The notes beneath the pieces were generated by a model that was not told the origin of the DNA, ran no database searches, and saw only the letters and a list, made by a program, of their open reading frames with translations. The position numbers and the translations under genes are program-made. DNA of 62,310 bases, filler included, from Choristocarpus tenellus KU-1152 (lineage: Eukaryota > Protista > Phaeophyceae): the NCBI GenBank assembly GCA_964200185.2. It is 10 parts of 10 records of this genome, joined end to end, with 100 filler letters (N's around TTAATTAATTAA, not from the genome) between each part and the next. Parts side by side here need not be neighbours in the genome. Positions count along the whole stretch, not along the records: positions 1 to 6,690 come from CAXNAD020007557.1; positions 6,791 to 11,522 come from CAXNAD020013290.1; positions 11,623 to 16,661 come from CAXNAD020012080.1; 7 more parts are not named here. The stretch is one strand, 5' to 3'. How positions within the stretch are numbered: position 1 is the stretch's first letter; each line of letters starts with the position of its first letter. Positions 1 through 12,126 of this stretch are shown here, in pieces.

Positions 1-40
1 CCCTCACAAACCATCCCCCCCCCCCAAGATACTTTGACCC

Positions 41-166
41 ATATCAACACTATTAAGTACCACCAACAAATATCAACACTATTATGTACCACCAATAGAT
101 ATCAACACTATTATGTACCATCAATAAATATCAACACTATTAAGTACCACCAATAAATATCAACAA
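41..166. repeat. 29-bp minisatellite (ATATCAACACTATTAWGTACCAYCAAYAR), about 4.3 copies
   Basis: Head-to-tail near-identical units, no spacers. Confidence 0.9.
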
Positions 167-845
167 AAAAAATATTTAAGAAAGACATTTTGGCATTACA
201 AAAATAATAATAATTTTGATAAATGAAATTAAAAACGTAACTGACAAGTCTTTGCTTCTTTTTTTCAACACCATAAATCAACTAATTCTTTTTTTTCAAA
301 CATAAAGTACCACAGTGCTCATTCATCCACTAGATCGCTCAGAGACAGCGCCAAAATGAAACGTTTTTTCTTCCAAATAACATGACATAACATGACACAT
401 CCTGAGCAGTGCTAAAAAAGAAAAAGCAATACCAGTTGGCAAAAACAGTCAAAAAATATGTCTCAAGTTTTGCCATCATATTCAGTGGCGTATGAGCTAT
501 AGTTCAAGGCCAGTTAACCCTAACCCTTACCATAACCATAACCATAACCCCAACCCCAACCCCAACCAGTTTATCCAGGTGCTTTGTCCATAACCAAACC
601 GTTCCTTCGCCTTAACTCCTCCATCACCTCCTTAAAACAACCAATTCGCAATTCTAGAGAGCTCCTTTTGGCTACACAATTTTAAAAAAACAAATTTAAA
701 ATCAGCTATCGTATCTACGACACCAAGCAAGTCCGGTAGGAGGCGTTACCATCATCAAAAAAAAAAAACGGAGAAATAAAACAAAAAAAAAGCTCAAGAC
801 AAAAAAATGCTCATCACTGCAGCGACAACACACTCACAGTAGTAC

Positions 846-879
<34 letters not shown>

Positions 880-954
880 TATACATATATATATATATAT
901 TTATTTATTTTTATGAGATTTTTATAAAGATTTTTTCACACACTTACGGCATGT

Positions 955-956
<2 letters not shown>

Positions 957-998
<42 letters not shown>

Positions 999-1127
999 TG
1001 TGTGTGTGTGTGTGCAGGAAGATAGACCGCGCATTGCGACATAATGTGCATTGGAATTGTGCGTGCAGAGAACGTGCGAGCAGAGAACGCGCGTGCAGAG
1101 AATGTGCGTGCAGAGAACGCGCGTGCA
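957..1127. repeat. (GT)n microsatellite followed by a 15-bp GTGCGTGCAGAGAAC-type tandem repeat
   Basis: Directly visible; it generates the spurious HTHTHT/CVCVCV ORFs in the ORF track. Confidence 0.85.
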
Positions 1128-1524
1128 GTGGCTGATGGCATGCCCTGCCAGTATATATAAACCCAGATGTATGAGAAAAACCAGATTTGACAGAGACAAA
1201 TGTATGTGTAAGGGGCGACCCCATGCTCTTGAGACCTTAAAGTACAATATCGATATGCCATGGTTCACATAAATAATGTGGGTGTTTTTTTCTGATGAGA
1301 TGTAGCAACAGAAGGGGTACAGTAGTGACAACTATCATTCTATTCACTCAAGTATGCCCAAACTCATGTCATGCAATGGCCTCTTCACCCAGAAGATCTC
1401 TCACCTTTTGGGTATTTGCCACTGAGTAAGCACTGAGGAATCAGTTCTACGGAGGTGGAAAGGTCAACCCCGCACCCTACGAGACTCCCTCAAGGATACC
1501 AAGAACAGACACAAAAATGCTCAC

Positions 1525-2672
1525 CTCCCATACGGCGATCATGCTGCTCTGACTACCCATCCTGAAGGCCTGCGCAACCCTACTGCTGAGGTCTTCGGTC
1601 AGATCCTTGGAACCTGAGCGATCAAAATTGTACGACCTCTCGACCCTACCCGATTCTCTACCCCTTCGCGTCCTGTTGTTCCTGGAGGTGGCCAATCTTG
1701 CCCGCTGAATGGCATCATTGTTCCACTCTATCGCCTCTGCCGTGGTCTTCGGCACCCAATCGCTATCTAAGGTGTCGACTTCGACTGGAGTGAAAGCATC
1801 GGCGTGGAAAGGTTGTCGCGAGCGACGGCGACCTGTCGAACTTGATGAAGGTGGCGGCGGCGAAGGCTCGAGGGTTCCTGGTTCATTAGTGTGATGTATC
1901 GACTCTGGATGCCTCTCATCCTCTATTGGGAACTGTTCAAGGACGGAATGGGCAACATGTGGGGGGAAACCTTTCATGTGTATCTACGGGATCAGAAATA
2001 ATGGTGTACTCCACAGAGCTGAGGGTACCTCGAGCGGAAAGGGAAGGCACTGGTCCTCTTAAAAAAGCTAAGTATAATCACACTAGTCCAGTCAGTTAAT
2101 GTCAAACTAGGCACAGTCACGCTTGTACAAGTCAACTACCGCGGGGATGGGTTCGGTTGGGGAGTTCACGGACTCATGGATCAATCAAATGCAACACTTC
2201 ATTGAGAATCCCAGTTTGGGGTACCAAAGGTGGAAGCCATTCCAGTGAGGTTAGGATCAATAATACGTTTTTGCACCTATTAATGATTTCACGGCCAAGG
2301 GAGGAAGCACATGCTCGTACAAACAATTGATCGACAATAAATGAAAAGAACCTACACTCATCAACACCACCTATGCTTGATGACCACGATGCTCATCACT
2401 TCCAAGTCAATCGCCAAGAACTCTGTTGAATCATAATCAAATCACACTTGAGCCTATCGAGGAGAACCCACCTCCACTTCTGCCTCCGTGGACGCCCACC
2501 TCTTTCCCCCAGCATCCAATCCTCCTCCAACCACACACCCGCAGTCCCTACACGCCGTCACTCCTAGTTTTCTGCTAGACGATGGCGCAGCTTGGCAAGA
2601 GCTCGCAGCCCCAAGGACATAAGAACTTGCCCTACCCCTCAATTGACATAGGATTTGCGGTGCTCGATGCAT
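1525..2672 (-). CDS. 5' part of an unidentified protein with a probable mitochondrial targeting peptide
   Basis: Exon 2672-2472 (MHRAPQILCQLRGRASS...GGKRWASTEAEVE, GT donor) splices in phase 0 to exon 1983-1525 (AG acceptor, IHMKGFPPHVAHSVLEQ...SMIAVWE, donor GTGAGC). The N-terminus is rich in R/S/A with few acidic residues and has an RWAST cleavage-like motif. Downstream exons not identified. Confidence 0.6.
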
Positions 2673-5360
2673 GGAACAAGACGCTTATTAACCACTGTGT
2701 TCCCTATCGTGACAATCAACCACGGTAACGTAGTACTTCCTCAATTTTCCTCTTCCCATAGAAAATATCTCTACAAAACCCACCATCCACAATCTTGTAA
2801 AGACAACTGTTTAAATCCTTCATGAGAGGGAATGTAGAGACACATAGTATAGTGGTAGCAAGAATGGGACGTGGCAAGCACTATATATGTCATCTCCTAT
2901 TCGACAGTTGTACGAGCAAACCCAGGCCGTACTACAGTAGAACTACCCTGTAAGTCCTCACCCAATAATTGGACCCTTTTGCATTCTAACCATCTTCACC
3001 CTGTATAATACACCATATTTCATTCCTTTGTGCGCACAATAGTGTACGCAAAAATTAAATATCCCCTTTTCTCGCACAAAGTCACACCACAAACAAGCAA
3101 CAGGAGATTTATGTAATTGTACAGAATGCCGTATTTTTGCCCTTTCTCTAGATCCTTCCAATATGTAACCCTACCTACATCTCAATTGGTTTGGCTTTGA
3201 CCTCTGTGACTTGAGAACTGACCAATAACCAACAAAGGTTCCCTATTTGATAATATATTGTGATCACGCTCAGAGATAATGCTGGCAGGGTCATACATAA
3301 TTTAGTGGGTAATGATGTGAGACACCCTGCCATTTTGGTACACAACTGATAGATACTAGAAGAAGTATGTTACGACTTGTATATAATAGGACGAAGTGTA
3401 TTGAAAATTGGGAGAACCTAAATCCATTGAGCATAAGATTCGCTTCAAAAGGAAAGGGCAGTGAAGAAGGACTAGTTCCAGCACTCACAGAGAGCAGATT
3501 GGAATCGAAGGATCATAGACGTAATAATGAAAAAGAGAAACCAACAATACAAACACTTTTCTTCAGGAAGGATCAGTGGAAGAGAATGAGAGAAATAGCT
3601 GTGGTTGAACCACAGACCTCCGCCCGAACACTGATTGTCCGAAAAGTGTCGCATCCTCTTCTGATTATTTTCTTTCTTATCAACACTTTGAAATACATGT
3701 ATCTAAAATGTGGCAATTAGTGACAAGACACAGACAGGTTGGTAGTAGACAATGCTAAGACAAGGTAGACACTTTTGTTGAGGCAGCAAGCCAAAAAGGA
3801 GGTCAAAAAGTTCGTTCCCTGTTATGATGAAGTTTCCTATGGCTGAGGGAAGAGAAGTATCACGAACCACTATCAAAATACTACCAATTTCCAATTGTTG
3901 CATATCGTTCTACTTTCTCGTAGAGGCTGTGCTTGCTATCCTCCCTCCACAATCTATGCATTAAACATTCTTAGATAAGCAAGATAATCATTCATTTCGT
4001 AGCCAAACCTGTTATCTGTCAGATACTCTATTCTATCGAGATGAAAGATATGAATTCTCTGGGACTAGTAGCAAGGGTGTTGGGCCCTGTTCTCGTCATT
4101 CCACCTGTTTTAAGCCATGTATGATGGTGCTGTGTTGATACTGGTATATGCGAATTCTATTGAGGTCTGGGCAACCAAGTGCAGTGATAGCGGATCACTA
4201 GTCTTGTTTTCTCGACTATGGCAACATCCAGTGAGAAAGCATAGAAGATAACAACGGTTTACTGTACAAAATGTGCGGTGTTTAGTCGATAAGCATATAC
4301 TGTTACGTGGTCTACTCTTCTGCTTCCCTTGCTGTACAAGTAGGGCTGGAGACTCCCTCATTGACGGTATAATTCTGAACCTTGGAGTAACCTTGGAGTA
4401 ACCTTGGAGTGTGTGGACATCCAAAATCCCTCCCCACGTACGCATGTCACATGGTTGCATCAGGCCGATGAACTGCAGCGATTGTGACAAGTACGGTGAC
4501 CCACCTCAAGAGGGGCACGAGTATATAGCTATGATCGATGCAGCAAAAGGATACACAATAAGCAGTAGCTGATTGGTAGAGCTCCAATAGAAGACATGAC
4601 GTTGACGCCTAGATCAAGTAAGTAGTAGTGATTTCCCTCCTCCAAGACCAGCCAAAGTTTGTGCAGACATACAAACACTTTGGACTGGTGTAGCAAAAAG
4701 AGGTCCATGGAGCTCTCACACACACAAAGGACTGTCTGAAACTGCCTTATCTCGTTTGGAATATTAAACTCTGCAATTCCCTAGAGAAGTAATGTGCAGT
4801 GGAGCTGAATAGGAGAAAAAAATAAACGCGGAATACGGTATTTCCAGGAAGGAGGTGCAATAGTAGCACAACGTATTTCAAGTCATAATGGAGGCAAGGG
4901 CAGGCAAGAAATATTGTCTGTTGATGCCTTTTTTTGTGGGTTATCCTTGTGTACTAACCGTGGGTGCTGGAGAACAAAGTATATGTATGAGTTCCCTATA
5001 ATCCGGTAGAAGCAATTGGTATACCCATCTGTAGAACATTACTACTATTTTTATTTCAGGCAACCTCCAGCGATTTTCTAGGCACAGGGTATACATAGTT
5101 GTCTTCAGTAATAGTTTTCGTGGCCATTTGGTAGGTCCATCAACTAGAGCTCGACTCTTACACCAAAATTGTAAGGCAATAAATCTCTAATGTAGTACGT
5201 ACAATCAATACGTACTTCGAACAGTCGAATGCATGAATAAGGTGGTTTTGAGCTTCTCAGGGCATGGCCGTTGGAAGGAGCCATAAAAGAACACCCACCG
5301 CTACTAGAGTCATCAACTTCTGACGGATATATGGGCAGCTGAAAATCTTGATAGTATGTT

Positions 5361-5623
5361 TAGAAAAAATAATCGAGAGGTACCAATAATTTTACCGTTT
5401 TGCATTTTAAGTCTGATTCTCAATCTTTTTCAATTCACCCACATTTATGTGGATTAAGTTCTAAGTTTGACTTGAGAGCGTTTATTTCTCTGTTGTTCGA
5501 AAAAAATATTCTCGACACAATTTAGAAATATCCTATACATGTTTGTAAAAGAAAGGTGAATTTGCACATATTTGGCATCGTCCTTAAAATGCCACTCTGG
5601 GTACCTCTTGTTTACTTTGACTC
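5361..5623 (+). mobile_element. MITE family B copy (left TIR degenerate)
   Basis: Aligns by eye with 11086-11360, 42406-42663 and 55809-56053; right end GGTACCTCTTGTTTACTTTGACTC. Confidence 0.75.
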
Positions 5624-6655
5624 ATTATTGGTACATTTCAAAGTTAATGCAATGCGAGAATGATGAACTAACCATTCCTATAGTAGTAGTTCCTTACAAC
5701 AGCTTCTGCACCTTCCTATCTCGTTCTTGGTCTTCTGCTGCCCTGCTCATGAATCTCTCCGTTGCATTTCTTTTTAAGTTTTCTTTAAGTTACAAAACGA
5801 TCAAGAATATTCAGGAAAGTCACTCAAACCAACCCAGCCCAGTACAAGTACCATGCACTTCCTACAATGATTGTGTAGAAACAATAAACTGATTAATTTT
5901 GTGTGACAAAGCAGTGAAATGGGTATGATAACAAAGATTAACATTAGCAATATTTTGAGCTGATGATGGTGGTGATGGGAGCAATAGTATTGATGATGAT
6001 AATGTATCAAGAAACGACAATATTAAGAAGAATTTAAGAAGAAAACAGAAAAAAAGTACCAAGTGTATATAAAACAATGGTAGTAATATGTAGTAGAAAT
6101 ATGTTGCAAAAATAATTTCCTGTTCGACCTCGTTGATGTGTGTGCAGGTGGTGTATGCCCAATGTTCACAACTTGAGTATTGTGTTTGCTATTCACTACT
6201 ATTGTTAGTACGCTGTTGTTTCAACAGGTTGATACAAACGCATACAGCTGCAGCTATTAGTACCCAAGTATTGTTTGCATTGTCGTACAAGATGCACTCA
6301 CTGCCCACGAGGTACCCATTTTTGCATCAAAATTTTCAGTCAGCTCCCCAGAACTCTTCCACTTGAAAAATGTACATTACATGCAGCAATTGTGACTGTG
6401 AAGAATACAGCCGTATGTTTCTTGTGCTTTTGGAGCCGGGGGCAAGGGGCAGGGAGCAGGAAGCTGACCCGCCGATATTTTGTAAGCTCAGAAGGGCAAT
6501 ATGCAACCTTCGTGCTTCTACAGTGCCTCACAGAAGGGCAACGGGGGGTTCTTCACCATTGTGTGCTATAGTTATACAACTTGGTTAACAAAATTTCCTC
6601 ACTCTTCCAGGTCATTGAATTCTTCATAGTCTCCCCCTATCTTTCGTGTCCCCAT

Positions 6656-6690
6656 GGGTCAAAGTATCTGGGGGGGGGGGGGGGGCAGCG
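6656..6690 (+). mobile_element. MITE family A-type terminus at a contig end
   Basis: GGGTCAAAGTATCT followed by poly-G, then the linker. Confidence 0.75.
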
Positions 6691-6790
6691 NNNNNNNNNN
6701 NNNNNNNNNNNNNNNNNNNNNNNNNNNNNNNNNNTTAATTAATTAANNNNNNNNNNNNNNNNNNNNNNNNNNNNNNNNNNNNNNNNNNNN
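6691..6790. other. Artificial contig linker (N44-TTAATTAATTAA-N44); also at 11523-11622, 16662-16761, 19653-19752, 23464-23563, 28285-28384, 45172-45271, 53513-53612, 56584-56683
   Basis: Nine identical 100-nt spacers containing a six-frame stop cassette. Confidence 0.99.
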
Positions 6791-6854
6791 GTAGCGGTCG
6801 TTTGTCCTGGTTATTAGTTGGAAGGGTTTGGTGGAGACTTGTGTGCATGGCAAG

Positions 6855-6977
6855 GAAGTAATGAAGTAATGAAGTAATGAAGTAATGAAGTAATGAAGTA
6901 ATGAAGTAATGAAGTAATGAAGTAATGAAGTAATGAAGTAATGAAGTAATGAAGTAATGAAGTAATGAAGTAATGAA
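6855..6977. repeat. (GAAGTAAT)n octanucleotide array, about 15 copies
   Basis: Perfect tandem run. Confidence 0.95.
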
Positions 6978-7706
6978 CAGTGGAGTCGGTGTTGAAAACA
7001 AAAACAAAAATCTTTACAAATTGTGTTAACAAGCCGTGTCTTGGATTTAGTGGAGGGGACAGGTTTGTCGCCAGTAGGTGCAGTGACCTACCTATCCACA
7101 GCTATCCCTTGAGACATTTGGATTCATACTTTTTTTTTTTTTAAATTGCATTCACACATTTGTACTCATGTGTTGATGTCCTAGTAGTAGTAATAATGAT
7201 AATAATAATATTATTGAAATAAGGCCGACAAATTTGTGTAGAATGACACTTGAGACTTCTGAAGGTTTTTGCCATTGATGGTACACATTGCACCTTATTT
7301 TTTTATTGTACCACCAAACTAAACAATCATACCAGTGCCATACCCCCTCTCAAGTGTAATAATAATAATAATAATAATAATAATGATAATAATATGTTTT
7401 TTTGCCACTGCAATGTCGACTTCAGCTGCACGCTTTCAGACCTTAGTCTACCCACCCGAACCCCAACTTATCCCTCACCCTAAACCCAAGTAGTAGAGGA
7501 AAAATTGATGGGCGTATATTATGGCTCTGATAGATTATTATTTTCTCCCCATACTTCTTTTTGATAATTGTGAAAAAAATTCTAGTGCTGAATAATGTTA
7601 TGTTCCTCTTAGACAAAAACGAAATACATACAAATGGATATATTGTTGGTATATTGTTGGTATGTTGTTCTGCTCTGGTGCACCCACCTATTGCCAATGA
7701 TGTACT

Positions 7707-7785
7707 CACTACTACTACTACTACTACTACTACTACCTTTTTGGCACCATTGGTTTGTTTGTGTATGTCTGTCTGTCTGTCTGTG

Positions 7786-7816
<31 letters not shown>

Positions 7817-8023
7817 GTGTCTGTCTTTCTGTCTGTGTGTCTGTCTGTGTGTGTGTCTGTGTGTCTGTCTGTCTGTCTGTCTGTGGAATGTATGAATTTT
7901 TTTCCCGCAGGTTCTGGATCTTCTTGAAGAGATGGAAGCAGAAGATATCAAGGCAGATGAGGTATGTGCATTGAGTGCACATGTGTTTCACTTATGTCAT
8001 ACACACATACATACATACATACA

Positions 8024-8057
<34 letters not shown>

Positions 8058-8066
8058 CATACATAC
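7707..8066. repeat. Microsatellite cluster: (ACT)n, (GTCT/GTGT)n, (CATA)n flanking a small exon
   Basis: Directly visible. Confidence 0.9.
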
Positions 8067-11000
8067 ACAAGATGTGTTGAACCTTTGAAGACAATAAAAA
8101 AGAAAGTTCTAACAGGTGCAGGTACGTAGGTAGGAGGCATGTTAGAGTGCACTCAACAATGTCTGCTATTGCATGAAATCACTTGAGACAAGTAGTGCTA
8201 AAAAAGGGTCAAATCAGAACCACTCCTCACACTCTGAAACGCCTACTCAACTGCTTGCTGATGCAGGATCTCACTGTGAGCGGGATAACTAATTTTTTTC
8301 TTCTTGTATTTTAGTAGCAGTTACATATGTTTAAATTGTTCTTACTCTGTTCGGCATCAGTTGGAACAGTTTGCAGGAGAGACTGCAAATGCACAAGATT
8401 TCATCATATTCTGATTAGTTTTTGTAGTGGTCTTGAGTGAAAGTATCTTAGAGGGTACGAGTCTTGCCCTGTTTGTCCACTTGGCTGCCCATAGGTTTTT
8501 TAGGACATTTTAGCTACTCTGAAATATTTCGGAGTAGGTAAAATGTATACGTTATGAAAAGGAGTGTCCGGAACAAGGATAACGACACTTCCTAACAAAC
8601 ACGATAGACAAAATTGCATCTAATCGCAACATTGGATTTTGGCCCCCAAATGGATGTGGCTCTACCCTCTAAAAGTTAATTTGGCACCTTGCAAGACCTG
8701 TTTTGATTAGCCTGTCCTGCACTACCCGATGCAAAGTTGCAAGAAACGCCTTAACAATGTTTTATTTTTCTGCCCTGCAAGCAGTTTGAATTGATGCTGC
8801 ACAGAGAGAGCATAATGTGTTCATGCTATTATGGAGCCAATTATATGATTACAGTGAGGGAATGTAAAAATATAGTGTGTGCTTGGACTATGCTCCTTAC
8901 ATGTGTGTTATAGGTAGGCGTTTCCACCATGTGTTTGTTAACCTGTATGATGGGAGTACATTGAGGTTGTTGGCGTGTGCTCTTGTAAGAAGTTTTTTTT
9001 TGTACACCGATGGAGTAGCCTCCGTATCACATCAATTTAAATAACAAAAAAAAGTAGTTCCTGTTTTATTTTTTTCTGGCCAATGGAATAGCCTACTGAA
9101 TGTGAGGCATTGAGAGTTGATGGGATCCATTTACTTCAATTTTGTCCCCCCTGCGCAGATGCTTGTCCCTAGCCCTAGTCCTAATAAAAAAATAAATCAG
9201 CATATTACCTCTGCAGGTGACCTACCACATTGCTGTTGATGCTGCCGCCATTGCTGGAAACCTGAATGCAGCCATGAAGCTCTTTGCAGACATGAAGGAG
9301 AAGTGAGTTGTTCCAGGGGCGTGAAAATTATATTATTTTTTCAAGTGCTACATTTACAGATCATGTGCAAAATATTCTTATTTTTTAGTTGGAGTGTGAC
9401 CGGTTAGTGCATTTAAATAAATAAATATATATATATATATATATAGTGCTCTTGTCTTTGGAGGTATTGCCCTCTTTTTATTTTCAGGGCCTTCTTATCA
9501 GGCCGGGTAAGTGTGAAGGGACCAGTCTACTGGTTCTGTCGGTTCCAATATTTTCTAGCACATCTGGACCAGGTTCACCAAGTATTGGAACTTGTCTAGT
9601 CCCTAGGTTGGACAGGTTACATAATTTTTGACATGTCCAGACCAGGGTCGCCAGAGATTGTGTTCTGAGACAGGCCGGGGCTGTGGTGATGTTACAACAT
9701 TGATGCTATGAGGACTACCTAGTGTGTGAATCCTGTTACTAGGAAAGATCACAACACACAATTGCAGAGTGACATGAAAATGAATATATGTACATAAAGC
9801 ATGTTATACTATTATTTCCAGTAGTAGACATTCAGGGGTGGTTACAAGTGTTTGTTTTGTTTTGTTTTGTGGTATAGCATGGTATAGTATAGTATAGCAT
9901 GGTATAGTATAGCATGGTATAGTATAGTATAGCATGGTATAGCATGGTATAGTATAGTATAGCATGGTATAGTATAGCATGGTATAGTATAGTATAGTAT
10001 AGTATAGTATAGCATGTGTTACACTCGATTGCTCTTCAATGTCTTGCCTTAATGTGTACCCTGAGCCACATCACATCATGATTGTTATTATGATATTATG
10101 ATTGTTACTATCATTGTTAATATCATTGTTACTATCATTGTTATTATCATTGTTACTATCATTGTTACTATCATTATTACTATCATTGTTATTATCTTTG
10201 TTATTATCATTGTTACTACGTAGTGTTGAGAGGAGTACAGTAGTGTGATAAGCTTGTTGAGGTAATTGGACACGATAGCAAGCTATCACAGTATAATTAC
10301 TTGGCGAAATATATCCCTTAACCTTGCCCCCTCTGCTTATGCACTGTGGACATTCTGTTGAGAACAGTAGCACATGGAGAGTGTTTGAGGCGACTTGTTC
10401 TCCAAGAAAATATGTACCCTTTTGATCAGCCCTAACCCTAGTACTGCTTTTTGCTGTGTCTGATACACCCTAACTTACCCTGATTCTCTGATAGTGCAAT
10501 CAATTTATATGTTTATTATTTATTTATTATTATTGTAAAAAAAACATTTTTTTTTTGTGAACGCTTTCTGTACACACGACTCTAACCCCCCCCCTCAAAA
10601 TGCTTAACTGTTGCTGGCTATGTGAATTGCCGACCGTGGTTGAAATTGTGCATCCTGGTGTGTATTTTTCAGTAACGAACATTTCCATCGATTTGATCTT
10701 TCAAAAAAATAAATTTCCTACTATAGTACGCGACTTTATTTTTTTTAATTGGTCACCGGTCATCGTTATCTTGTGCATAATATAAAGGATTAGTTTTTAC
10801 GTGTATTTTTTTGTTCTGGTTACAGAGTTACAAGTATTAGTTACAGTTGCTCCTGTCTTTTTTCTTCATATACTTGCACTGGACTGTCTTGGTCGTGTGG
10901 GCCACGTTGAAGTGTTCCTGTTTCATGGTACAATTGTCGTTCAAAGTATGCAGTCTATCCACCCTGCTGCTGTCATGCAATGCTTTAATGTTGGATTGCG

Positions 11001-11522
11001 ATGGTTACATGTCACAGGGGATGTCGCTCTTAGTTTGAATGAGCTGGTTGTCCAACCTGCCTCTTGTTGAAATAGCTCCTGTATTGAGTCAATGTAAATG
11101 AAAGGTACCCAGGTTTTGGATGTCTTGCATTTCAAGTCTGTTTTTCAATCTATTGCAATTCACCCACATTTCTATCGATGAAGTTCCAAGCTTGACTCGA
11201 GACTGTTTATTTTTCTCTCTTTTTTTTTTCGATAAATTTGAGAAAATATCCCGTACACATTTTTTTTCAAGAGTTGAATTTTGCATATATTTGTTGGCGG
11301 CCTTAAAATACAACCTTAAAATAAAATACAACCCTGGTTACTTCTTGCTTACTTCGACTCATTTTTTTTTATCTTTGTGACACACTTCAACAGAGGACTA
11401 GAAGTCACAGAACGGAGGGTGGAATACATACGTGCTAAGCTTGCCACTGGCTCTGCTGGTGGTGGTGGTAGGGGAAGGGGCAAGGGAAGGGGCAGGGGGA
11501 GGGGACAAAGGCAGGAGGATAG
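7911..11522 (+). CDS. Pentatricopeptide-repeat (PPR) protein, internal/3' part
   Basis: Exons 7911-7961 (VLDLLEEMEAEDIKADE), 9217-9302 (VTYHIAVDAAAIAGNLNAAMKLFADMKEK) and 11394-11522 (GLEVTERRVEYIRAKLATGSAGGGGRGRGKGRGRGRGQRQED). All are AG/GT bounded and phase-consistent, and match the PPR consensus (VTYNxLIxA..G..AxxLFxEMxxxG.xPD). Confidence 0.8.
8435..8687 (+). mobile_element. MITE family C copy, TSD CTT
   Basis: Left TIR GAGTGAAAGTATCTTAGAGGGTA, right TACCCTCTAA...GGCAC, CTT on both flanks; homologous to 16954-17212, 21883-22169 and 38741-38998. Confidence 0.85.
9871..10217. repeat. (GTATA/GCATG)n pentamer array and (ATCATTGTTAYT)n 12-mer array in a PPR intron
   Basis: Directly visible at 9871-10015 and 10100-10217. 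Confidence 0.9.
11086..11360 (+). mobile_element. MITE family B copy, TSD ATT
   Basis: GAGTCAATGTAAATGAAAGGTACCCAGG ... CCTGGTTACTTCTTGCTTACTTCGACTC, flanked by ATT/ATT. Confidence 0.85.
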
Positions 11523-12126
11523 NNNNNNNNNNNNNNNNNNNNNNNNNNNNNNNNNNNNNNNNNNNNTTAATTAATTAANNNNNNNNNNNNNNNNNNNNNN
11601 NNNNNNNNNNNNNNNNNNNNNNCCCCCCGGGATACTTTGACCCATTACACATGCCTCTATTTCTCCCAGATCACACACCTCTCTAGCATCGTTTCCATTT
11701 TTTTGAGGTTCTCACCGTCGAGGCTGCACACTTTGTTTTCCCTTTGTCTCTGCACGTGTTGTAATTGCCCCCCTCCCGTTTTCCAAGTTTGTGACTTGCG
11801 TGAATATCTTACATGATCTGTAGTATCCTTCAGTATTCAGTACTTGGAACTGCAACCACACACGGTTCATTTCATCGACCCACTTCCCTCTCTCACTTTG
11901 CGCAACGACCCAACACCGCATCGGGCGTCCCATAGTCATATCTATTTCGGGACCTGTCCATGGTGTATGTGAAGCTACTTAGTAAGACGAAAGGTTTTAG
12001 TTCGATCATGTAACTTGAATAATATTGAAGTATAGTGTCCCTATTTCCTCCAGAGGTGCAAGTAGTAATGTCTTCAAACATCGTAAGATCACCAACACAA
12101 TGTTCTCAAAAAATACACGAAATAAG

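Noticed and set aside
41-166. 29-bp repeats as a CRISPR array
   Set aside because: Units are contiguous with no unique spacers, the context is eukaryotic and there are no cas genes. The same applies to the 21-bp array at 21187-21346 and the 32-bp duplication at 53934.
6691-6790. TTAATTAATTAA palindrome as a biological motif, and gene clustering across contigs
   Set aside because: It is an identical N-flanked artificial linker. Neighbouring contigs are not known to be adjacent, so no operon-like system can be inferred from gene order across linkers.
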